Made by a program: the position numbers and the translations under genes. The notes under the pieces are model-generated. The model had not been told where the DNA came from. It saw nothing but the letters and a program-made list of their open reading frames with translations, and did no database searches. A stretch of 17,072 nucleotides of DNA from positions 1 to 17,072 of the forward strand of contig JALUTT010000023.1 in assembly GCA_027021705.1 (NCBI GenBank). Direction: 5' to 3'. Shown in pieces: positions 7,159 through 14,486 of this stretch (position 1 is its first letter; every line of letters begins with the position of its first letter). Source of the DNA: Anaerolineae bacterium. Lineage in GTDB: Bacteria; Chloroflexota; Anaerolineae; S140-20.

Positions 7159-7255
7159 ACCCTCCCGCAGGTTAGGCGCGTTTCCGACGCGAAACCGCGC
7201 TTCCAATAGCCCATCGGGGATGAAAGCGCCCTCGACCGAGGACCTGCGGGAGGGT
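7159..7255. repeat. Palindromic repeat element copy 3: 14-bp perfect inverted repeats enclosing a structured 69-bp core (MITE/REPIN-like or structured RNA)
   Basis: ACCCTCCCGCAGGT (7159-7172) and ACCTGCGGGAGGGT (7242-7255); internal hairpin GCGCGTTTC...GAAACCGCGC. Confidence 0.7.
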
Positions 7256-7286
7256 AGGCTGAATAGATAAGCGAAAGGAGGAAGCG

Positions 7287-8078
7287 ATGGACCTGGGACT
7301 GACGGGAAAGGTCGCCCTGGTGACGGCGGCCAGCAAAGGGTTGGGAGCCGCCGTGGCCGAACGGTTCGCCCGCGAGGGCGCGCGGGTCGTCATCTGCTCC
7401 CGGGACCAGGCGCGGGTGCAGGCCCAGGCCGAGGCGATCCGCCAGGCCACCGGCGCCGACGTGCTGGGTGTCCAGGCCGACGTGACAGCGCCCCAGCAGA
7501 TCCAGAGCCTCGTGCAGACCACCCTCGACCGCTTCGGGCGGATTGACGTGTTGGTCACCAACGCCGGCGGGCCGCCCCCCGGCACCTTTCTCAAGCTCTC
7601 CCCCGCCCAGTGGGAGGAGGCGGTGCAACTGACCCTGATGAGCGCCGTCAACCTCTGCTACGCCGTCGTCCCCCACATGCTGGAGCAGGGCGGTGGGAGC
7701 ATCGTGGCGATGACCTCGGTGAGCGTCAAGCAGCCCTTGGGAAACCTGATCCTCTCCAACTCGGTGCGGATGGCCGTCGTCGGCCTGATGAAGACGCTGG
7801 CCGACGAGCTGGGTCCCCAGGGGATCCGGGTCAACATCGTCGCCCCCGGCTGGACGCGCACGGAGCGGGTGGACCAACTCCTGCAAGCGCGGGCAGAGCA
7901 GAAGGGGACGACGCCGGCCGACGAGGAGGCGGCCATCGTGGCCAACATCCCGCTGCGGCGGATGGGCAAGCCTGAGGAGTTCGCCAACGCCGTCGTCTTC
8001 CTGGCCTCGCCGGCCGCCGGCTACATCCACGGCGTGACGCTGCTGGTGGACGGCGGGATGTACCGAGGCGCGATGTAG
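7287..8078 (+). CDS. SDR family oxidoreductase, BKR-like atypical subgroup
   Basis: TAASKGLG, TNAGGPPPG, and LSNSVR in place of YxxxK; AAGGAGG SD. Confidence 0.9.
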   Translation: MDLGLTGKVALVTAASKGLGAAVAERFAREGARVVICSRDQARVQAQAEAIRQATGADVLGVQADVTAPQQIQSLVQTTLDRFGRIDVLVTNAGGPPPGTFLKLSPAQWEEAVQLTLMSAVNLCYAVVPHMLEQGGGSIVAMTSVSVKQPLGNLILSNSVRMAVVGLMKTLADELGPQGIRVNIVAPGWTRTERVDQLLQARAEQKGTTPADEEAAIVANIPLRRMGKPEEFANAVVFLASPAAGYIHGVTLLVDGGMYRGAM

Positions 8079-8095
8079 CGAGCGGTGAGGGCAAG

Positions 8096-8692
8096 ATGGA
8101 AAAGGTGCGCACCTTCGTCGCCATCAACCTCTCCTCCGAGATGAAGGAGCGGCTGATGGACGTGCAGCAGCGGCTCCGGCGGAGCGCCCCGCCGGAAACG
8201 GTCCGCTGGGTCCGACCGCAAGGCATCCACCTGACGCTGAAGTTCCTGGGCGAGGTGCCTGCCTCCCAGATCCCGCAGATCACGGCGGCCCTGCGGGAAG
8301 CCTGCCGCGTCCACACCCCCTTCACCTTCACGGTAGGGGGAGTGGGCTGTTTCCCCAACCCCCGCTCCCCTCGCGTGGTCTGGGTGGGCGTCGAGGAGGA
8401 GAGCGGTGCCCTGGTCGCCCTGCAGAAGAGCGTCGAGAAGGCGATGACCCGGCTGGGCTTCCCCCGCGAGTCCCGGCCCTTTCACCCCCACCTGACGCTG
8501 GGCCGGACGCGCAAGGGGTTGCGCAACACGGACCGCCGACGTCTGGGGGACGCCATCGCCACCGCCGGTGTCGGCCTGCTGGGCGAAGTCTCGGTGGACG
8601 CGGTCTACCTGATGCGCTCAGACCTGCGCCCCAGCGGAGCCGTCTACACCGCCCTGGCCGAAGCCCGACTAGAGGGCGAAAGAGCCCCTTGA
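8096..8692 (+). CDS. thpR: RNA 2',3'-cyclic phosphodiesterase (2H phosphoesterase, LigT/ThpR)
   Basis: RTFVAI start, two HxT motifs (IHLTLKFLGEV; FHPHLTLGR), FPNPRSPRVVWVG, S-x-L-x-P-x-GAVY tail. Confidence 0.93.
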   Translation: MEKVRTFVAINLSSEMKERLMDVQQRLRRSAPPETVRWVRPQGIHLTLKFLGEVPASQIPQITAALREACRVHTPFTFTVGGVGCFPNPRSPRVVWVGVEEESGALVALQKSVEKAMTRLGFPRESRPFHPHLTLGRTRKGLRNTDRRRLGDAIATAGVGLLGEVSVDAVYLMRSDLRPSGAVYTALAEARLEGERAP

Positions 8693-8706
8693 CAAACCGA
8701 AGATCC

Positions 8707-8730
8707 GTCCTTAGTCCTCAGTCCTCGGTC
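8707..8730 (+). repeat. Short heptamer tandem repeat (GTCCTYR x3)
   Basis: GTCCTTA GTCCTCA GTCCTCG GTC in the thpR-TIGR00725 spacer. Confidence 0.55.
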
Positions 8731-8756
8731 AGACCAAGTCCCGGAGAACGGTTTCC

Positions 8757-9251
8757 GTGAAGAGACACCCAGAACCCCGACGGATTGCTGTGATCGGCGC
8801 GGCCTCCTGCACCGCCCACGAGGCGGCGCTGGCCGAGGCGGTGGGACGGGCACTGGCCCGGCAGGGGGCTGTGCTCATCTGCGGTGGGCGGGGCGGGGTG
8901 ATGGAAGCAGCCTGCCGCGGGGCCAAAGCCGAGGGGGGCTTCACCGTCGGCATCCTGCCCGGTGTGGACGCCCGGGAGGCCAACCCCTATGTGGACCTGC
9001 CCCTGCCCACCGGGATGGGGGAAGGCCGTAACGTCCTGGTCGTCCGGGCTGCTCAGGCGGTCATCGCCATCGGCGGACGCTACGGCACCCTCTCGGAGAT
9101 CGCGCTGGCCCTCAAGCTGGGCCGGCCCGTCGTCGGGTTGGAGACCTGGCACCTGGAGCCGGCCCACGGCCCCCCGCCCCCCATCCATCGGGTGGCGTCA
9201 CCGGAGGAAGCCGTCCGGCTGGCCGTCGCCCTGGCCCAACGCCTGCCGTGA
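8757..9251 (+). CDS. TIGR00725 family LOG/SLOG Rossmann-like protein
   Basis: IAVIG, CGGRGGVMEAACRGAK, VGILPG, TGMGEGRN, IGGRYGTLSEIALA. Confidence 0.9.
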   Translation: MKRHPEPRRIAVIGAASCTAHEAALAEAVGRALARQGAVLICGGRGGVMEAACRGAKAEGGFTVGILPGVDAREANPYVDLPLPTGMGEGRNVLVVRAAQAVIAIGGRYGTLSEIALALKLGRPVVGLETWHLEPAHGPPPPIHRVASPEEAVRLAVALAQRLP

Positions 9252-9258
9252 GGTGAAG

Positions 9259-9945
9259 ATGGCCTTCGTCAACCGTGAAGAAGCCGGTCGCCAACTCGCC
9301 GAAGCCCTCCGGTTCCTGCACCGGGAACCCGATCCGCTGATCCTCGCCATCCCCCGGGGAGGTATCGTCGTCGGCTACCAGGTGGCCCGGACCCTAGACC
9401 TCCCCCTGGACCTCTTCCTGGTCCGCAAGATCGGCGCCCCCTTCAACCCAGAACTGGCTCTGGGGGCCGTGACGGTGATGGGGGACGTGGTGGTGGACGA
9501 GGCGCTGGTGCGGGACCTGGGGGTGCGATGGGACTACCTGGAGCAGGAGATCGCCCGCCAGCGGGAGGCGCTGGCCCGGCGGGCAACCCTTTATCGCGGG
9601 GACCGCCCCCTGCCGACCCTGGAGGGGCGGACGTTGGTGCTGGTGGACGATGGAGCGGCCACCGGCTCTACGATGCTGGCCGGCCTCCAGGCCCTGCGCC
9701 AGCAGAAGCCCGCCCAATTGATCGCCGCCCTGCCCGTCGCCTCCGACATCGCCATCGCCCGGCTGAAGGAGGCCGCCGACCGGGTCGTCTGCCTCCTCGT
9801 TCCTGAACTCTTCTGGGCCGTGGGGGCCTACTACCTGGACTTCGAGCAGGTCTCCGACGAAGAGGTGATCCGGCTGCTGGACGAGGCGTGGAGGCGGGAT
9901 GAGGTCAGGTCCTCAGGAGGTCCCGATGACAACGCTGACAGGTAA
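9259..9945 (+). CDS. Phosphoribosyltransferase (type I, Rv0571c/Rv2030c-N-like group)
   Basis: MAFVNREEAGRQLA, AIPRGG, VRKIGAPFNPELALGA, PRPP-binding VLVDDGAATGST, FWAVGAYYLDFEQVSDEEV. Start reassigned to ATG 9259. Confidence 0.9.
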   Translation: MAFVNREEAGRQLAEALRFLHREPDPLILAIPRGGIVVGYQVARTLDLPLDLFLVRKIGAPFNPELALGAVTVMGDVVVDEALVRDLGVRWDYLEQEIARQREALARRATLYRGDRPLPTLEGRTLVLVDDGAATGSTMLAGLQALRQQKPAQLIAALPVASDIAIARLKEAADRVVCLLVPELFWAVGAYYLDFEQVSDEEVIRLLDEAWRRDEVRSSGGPDDNADR

Positions 9946-10669
9946 AGTCGCCCTGGTCACCGGTGGAGCACGCCGGGTGGGCAAGGCCATCGCCTTGGCC
10001 CTGGCCCGGGCCGGCGCTCACGTCGCCGTCAACAGCCGCCGGATCACCGAAGAAGCCCGCCAGACGGCGGTGGAGATCGAGGCCCTGGGCGTCCGGGCCT
10101 GTCTCACCCCCGCCGACGTCTCCCAGGCCGATCAGGTCGCCACAATGGTCAGGACCGCTACCGAGACGCTGGGTCCCATCACCATTCTGGTCAACAGCGC
10201 CGCCTCCTTCCAACGGGCTTCCTTCGAGGAGACGACGCCGGCCCTCTGGGAGGCTGTGATGGCCGTCAACCTGACCGGCCCCTTCCTCGTCGCCCGCGCC
10301 GTGGTCCCCGGGATGCGGGCTGCTGGTGGGGGCGTCATCGTCAACATCAGCGATCTCTTCGCCCTCCTCCCCTGGCCCGGCTACTTGGCCCACGGGGTGG
10401 CCAAGGCGGGTCTCCTGGCCCTGACCCGGGGGCTGGCCGCCGAGCTGGCCCCCACCATCCGGGTCAACGCCGTCGTCCCGGGACCCATCCTGCCCCCGCC
10501 GGAGATGAGCCCCCAGCGAGCCCAGGAGGTGGCCCAGGCGACGCTCCTCCAGCGCTGGGGCAACCCCGAGGATGTCGCCCAGGCCGTCCTCTACCTGGCT
10601 CAGGCCGACTACGTGACCGGCGAGATGCTGGTGGTGGACGGCGGGCAGCGATGGAGGATCGCGGGCTGA
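9926..10669 (+). CDS. SDR, pteridine reductase/FolM-like
   Basis: TGGARRVG (characteristic Arg), NSAASF, NISD, APTIRVNAVVPG. ATG 9926 after AGGAGG; overlaps the PRTase 3' end by 20 bp. Confidence 0.85.
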   Translation: MTTLTGKVALVTGGARRVGKAIALALARAGAHVAVNSRRITEEARQTAVEIEALGVRACLTPADVSQADQVATMVRTATETLGPITILVNSAASFQRASFEETTPALWEAVMAVNLTGPFLVARAVVPGMRAAGGGVIVNISDLFALLPWPGYLAHGVAKAGLLALTRGLAAELAPTIRVNAVVPGPILPPPEMSPQRAQEVAQATLLQRWGNPEDVAQAVLYLAQADYVTGEMLVVDGGQRWRIAG

Positions 10670-10722
10670 CATAAGATTCCTTAAAACCGCTCCCACTTTT
10701 AAGGCAGGAGCACACATTTCCA

Positions 10723-10751
10723 TTGTCAGCCGGGCTTACCCCTGGTAGAAT
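10723..10751 (+). promoter_or_regulatory. Probable dnaA sigma70 promoter
   Basis: TTGTCA (10723-10728), 17 bp, TAGAAT (10746-10751) with an extended -10 TGG. Confidence 0.75.
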
Positions 10752-11036
10752 AAAACGCGACCGTAAGGCCGGCGCCCCGCTTCGATCAGCCCTCTCTCCC
10801 CGATTGAGGCGAGAGCCCATAGCACCTGGTCCTGCGGCCCTGTTTCCCCCTCCCCCCCAGACAGGGCCATATCCAACCGGCCTGTTCCTCCCGGTCACCT
10901 ACAACCGGTCCGAACACAGGGAATTCTTCTCACCAGAAGTGTCAGGTCGTAACACTTGTGGGGCCAGCTCCTGGTCTGCCCAGGCCCTGGCATCGTATTG
11001 TTGTCAACACTCTGGGAACCCTTGCGGAGGCGTAGG

Positions 11037-12395
11037 ATGAACCCACAGCAGATCTGGCGGGCGGCGTTGGGTGAACTGCAGCTTCAGATGACTCAGGGGA
11101 CCTTCGACACCTGGCTGAAACCCACCTCGGTGCTGGCCTACGAGGATGGCACCTTCATCATCGGCGTGCGCTCCGGCTACATCAAGGAGTGGCTGGAGAA
11201 CCGCTTGGTGACGCTGATCAAGCGCACGCTGGTCGGTCTGGTGGGCCACCAGGTCGAGGTCCGCTTCGTGGTTTGGGGGGGCGAGAAGAGCCAGAATCCC
11301 CCACCTCCTTTGCTGGAGGGCATCTCCCCGGCTGAGGAAGAGGACGCGGTCTGGCCCGCTTCCTCCGATACCTCCGCCCTCAACAGCCGGTACACCTTCG
11401 ACACCTTCGTCGTCGGCCCCAGCAACCGGCTAGCTCACGCAGCCTCGATCGCCGTGGCCGAGAAGCCGGCGACGGCCTACAACCCCCTCTTCATCTACGG
11501 TGGCGTCGGCTTGGGCAAGACCCACCTCCTGCACGCCATCGGCCACGCCTGCCGTCGTCAGGGGCTGACCGTCCTCTACGTCTCCTCCGAACAGTTCACC
11601 AACGACCTCATCGAGGCGATCCGCTCCCACACCACCGACGACTTCCGAGACAAGTATCGCACGATGGATGTGCTGCTGATAGACGACATCCAGTTCATCG
11701 CGGGCAAGGAGAGCACCCAGGAGGAGTTCTTCCACACCTTCAACACCCTCCACGGGTCCAACAAGCAGATCGTGATCTCCAGCGACCGACCGCCCAAGGC
11801 AATGATCACGCTGGAGGAACGGCTTCGCTCCCGCTTCGAATGGGGCCTCATCGCCGACATCCAGCCTCCCGACCTGGAGACCCGGATCGCCATCCTGCGC
11901 TTCAAGGCCCACCAGCAGCCCATCCCCATCCCCAACGAGGTGTTAGACTACATCGCCCGGCAGATTCAGAGCAACATCCGGGAGCTGGAAGGCGCACTCA
12001 ACCGGGTCGTTGCCTATGCCCGTTTGATGCACCAGCCGCTGACCCCGGAGCTGGTGGCGACTGCCCTGAGTGACCTGCTGCCCGACACCCCCCGTCTGAC
12101 GACCGAGGAGGTGATCAACGCCGTGGCTGCCTTCTATGGCCTCTCCCCGGAGGCGCTGCGGGGGAAAAGCCGGCGCAAGGAAGTCGCCCTGCCCCGCCAG
12201 ATTGCGATGTACCTGGCCCGCCAGGAAGCCCATGCCTCCTACCCTCAGATCGGCGCAGCCCTGGGGGGTCGTGACCACTCCACCGTCCACTACGCCTACG
12301 AGAAGATCCGGGAGAAGATTGAGCAGGATGACCGCCTGCGCCGGGAGATCCTGCACATCCGCGAGCGGCTCTATGGCAACGGCGTTCCCCGCTAA
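11037..12395 (+). CDS. dnaA: Chromosomal replication initiator DnaA
   Basis: YTFDTFVVGPSNRLA, YNPLFIYGGVGLGKTHLL (Walker A), LLIDDIQFIAGKESTQEEFFHTFN, RLRSRFEWGL, NIRELEGAL, domain IV RQIAMYL...GGRDHSTV. ATG 11037 after GGAGG. Confidence 0.99.
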   Translation: MNPQQIWRAALGELQLQMTQGTFDTWLKPTSVLAYEDGTFIIGVRSGYIKEWLENRLVTLIKRTLVGLVGHQVEVRFVVWGGEKSQNPPPPLLEGISPAEEEDAVWPASSDTSALNSRYTFDTFVVGPSNRLAHAASIAVAEKPATAYNPLFIYGGVGLGKTHLLHAIGHACRRQGLTVLYVSSEQFTNDLIEAIRSHTTDDFRDKYRTMDVLLIDDIQFIAGKESTQEEFFHTFNTLHGSNKQIVISSDRPPKAMITLEERLRSRFEWGLIADIQPPDLETRIAILRFKAHQQPIPIPNEVLDYIARQIQSNIRELEGALNRVVAYARLMHQPLTPELVATALSDLLPDTPRLTTEEVINAVAAFYGLSPEALRGKSRRKEVALPRQIAMYLARQEAHASYPQIGAALGGRDHSTVHYAYEKIREKIEQDDRLRREILHIRERLYGNGVPR

Positions 12396-12410
12396 TCCCT
12401 CGCCAGGGGA

Positions 12411-12775
12411 TGTGGATAACTGCCCCATATCTGTGGATAACCGTCGGAGAGTGGGGATAACTCCCCCTCTCGTTCTTTTTTCCCTCGCTCCCCAGTCCCA
12501 GATTTGGGGGCTTCCCACGTCCAGACCCGCACATCTGGACAGCCTCCCCGGACCCCTTGGAAGCCTCGATCACCGGCCCTCTCCTGCAGCGACGTTATCC
12601 ACACCTCTTCCACGGAGCGTGTTCTCCCAAAGATCCCGAGAACGGCCACACCTGGGGGATAGCTCCCGCGTTCCCCCCACATCTGGCCCCTCTGCGCGTT
12701 ATCCCCACTCATCCAAGGCCCTACTACGAAGACTATCTTTTCTTCCCTTTCCCCAGAGTTTGAATAAACTTACCG
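12411..12775. other. Probable replication origin oriC
   Basis: Perfect DnaA boxes TGTGGATAA 12411-12419 and 12432-12440, and TTATCCACA 12595-12603. One-mismatch boxes TGGGGATAA 12452-12460 and TTATCCCCA 12699-12707, plus further degenerate boxes. Then GGCC-CTACTA... and an AT/pyrimidine-rich tract. Confidence 0.88.
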
Positions 12776-12869
12776 AGAACTCCCAGGATCGAAGTACCGG
12801 TGAACCCTGGTCTGACGAGAGGTGAGGTTACGAGGATTGTCCTAGGAGAGTCTGAAAGGAGGTGAGGCT

Positions 12870-14021
12870 GTGGGTGAGGAAAGTTCCATCCAACGGGGAG
12901 TCCGGTGGGGAGTCCTTCTTTGCCTCCTTCTTGCGGGGTGTACTTCGCCTGCTGTACCCCCTGTTCGGAAGGAACCCCGAGTAGCGAAGTCTTCACCCCG
13001 ACGGGAGGGTACGCTCTCCCCTCCGGCAACCATCACGCCGGCCCTGCGCGATGCCACCGATCAACCGGAGGTGAGTGTATCCACTCCCTCTCCTTCCCCC
13101 CTTCCTCCGTTTCCCTCGCCTTCCCCTGCCCCCCGGCCCATCCAGCACGTGGTGCAGCCAGGGGAGACGCTCTTGGAACTGGCTATGGGCTATGGTCTGC
13201 CGATGGCTGCCATTCAGTTGGCCAATGGCCTGGGGGAGTCGGAGACGCTCCAGGCGGGCCGGGTCCTGACCATCCCCCCGCCGGCTCCCCGCTGGGAGGG
13301 GGCCAGCCCCTTCTGGGTCGTCTACGAGGTCCGGCCAGGAGACACGCTGATCAGAGTGGCCGGTCGCTATGGCCTGACCACCGAGGCGCTGCTGGCTGCC
13401 AACCCGTTGACCGATCCCGACCGTCTGGATGTGGGGCAATGGCTGGTCCTGCCCCTCTCCGCACCGCGCCCCAGCCCCACGCCCACGCCGGCCCCCCGGC
13501 GAGTTGCTTCGGTGCCCTCGCCCACCCCCCGCCCTGCGCCGACGGCGGTCACCTCCACGCCATCCCCAGGCCCTTCCCCTGTTCCGACCGGCGTTGCCCT
13601 CCCTCCGGCGGAAGGCCCTCCTGCCGATGTCGCCGACTGGCCTGCCGTCGTCGTCGCCCTCATCAACGAGCGCCGGGCAGCCCACGGCCTGTCCCCCCTC
13701 ACCTGGTCACCCACGTTGGCCCAGGCTGCCCAGACCCACGCCGAGGATTGCTCCCGGCGCGGGTGGTGCAGCCACGTGGGCTCCGACGGGGCCCGGCTGC
13801 GTGACCGGCTAGCCCGGCTGGGGTACACCCCCCGCTTCGCCGGGGAGAACTGGGTCAATGCCAAGGACCCTGAGGGAGCAGTGCTCTGGTGGTACGACGA
13901 GCCCCCCGGCGCCGATCCCCATCGGCGCAATCTCCTCTCTTCCCACTACACGGAGATCGGCGTGGGGGTCGCCCGGGCCAGCTGGGGCTACTACTTCATC
14001 GCCGATTTGGCCGGCCCGTAG
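12870..14021 (+). CDS. Lipoprotein with two LysM domains and a C-terminal CAP/SCP domain
   Basis: GTG after AAAGGAGGTGA; lipobox LLAG-C. LysM HVVQPGETLLELA...LQAGRVLTIP and YEVRPGDTLIRVA...LDVGQWLVLP. CAP INERRAAHGLSPL...HAED...SHVGSDG...GEN...HRRNLL...EIGVG. Confidence 0.92.
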   Translation: MGEESSIQRGVRWGVLLCLLLAGCTSPAVPPVRKEPRVAKSSPRREGTLSPPATITPALRDATDQPEVSVSTPSPSPLPPFPSPSPAPRPIQHVVQPGETLLELAMGYGLPMAAIQLANGLGESETLQAGRVLTIPPPAPRWEGASPFWVVYEVRPGDTLIRVAGRYGLTTEALLAANPLTDPDRLDVGQWLVLPLSAPRPSPTPTPAPRRVASVPSPTPRPAPTAVTSTPSPGPSPVPTGVALPPAEGPPADVADWPAVVVALINERRAAHGLSPLTWSPTLAQAAQTHAEDCSRRGWCSHVGSDGARLRDRLARLGYTPRFAGENWVNAKDPEGAVLWWYDEPPGADPHRRNLLSSHYTEIGVGVARASWGYYFIADLAGP

Positions 14022-14022
14022 C

Positions 14023-14355
14023 TCAGTCCTCATCCACCAACAATCGGCCCCCGGCCCGCAGGCGGGCCGCCTCCTCGGAGCTCACGACCTCGTCGCCCCG
14101 GAAGTGGAGCACGTCTACCTCGGCGTCGTACAGGTAGCGCCGCCGAACCCATCCCCGCCGGTCCAGGAAGAGCAGATCGCTGATCACCGTCTGGCTGACG
14201 GGGTCCACTGCCTCTTCGATCAGCCAGACCGGAGCGTGCTCTCCCACCACAGGCAGGAGCCGGGCATCGCGGGCCCGGCGCATCCGCTCCTCGGTGAGCC
14301 GAGGGTCGGGAAGTTCGGCGGGTGTGACCAAAGGATCCATCGCTGACGTTGCCAT
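14023..14355 (-). CDS. Hypothetical cytoplasmic protein (about 110 aa)
   Basis: ATG 14355 with GGAGG 6 nt upstream; protein-like composition (MATSAMDPLV...GWVRRRYLYDAEVDVLHFRG...); stop lies 1 bp from the convergent CAP gene stop. Confidence 0.7.
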   Translation of the reverse strand: MATSAMDPLVTPAELPDPRLTEERMRRARDARLLPVVGEHAPVWLIEEAVDPVSQTVISDLLFLDRRGWVRRRYLYDAEVDVLHFRGDEVVSSEEAARLRAGGRLLVDED

Positions 14356-14486
14356 CGTGAGCCTCCGTAGGTCTCTGTCTGAGTGGTGCCTTGATGCTCC
14401 AGGTGGATCGTGGATCTGTCTCCTTCCCACAGCTCCCGCCGGATGTGTCATCCTCGGCGGGAATGGCTTCTCCCGCCCTCGTCGGA

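Noticed and set aside
7171..7177. GTTAGGC as an integron attC R' core site
   Set aside because: No complementary RYYYAAC at a suitable distance upstream; it lies within the palindromic element. No integrase in the window.
7159..7255. Hammerhead ribozyme or tRNA
   Set aside because: No CUGAUGA core and no T-loop/anticodon cloverleaf.
7092..8030. 312-aa antisense ORF (likewise 9905-10723 and other long overlapping ORFs)
   Set aside because: Shadow frames of high-GC genes, common opposite SDRs; no motifs or RBS.
10956..11036. TTG-initiated N-terminal extension of DnaA
   Set aside because: ATG 11037 has a GGAGG SD and matches the usual start of DnaA domain I.
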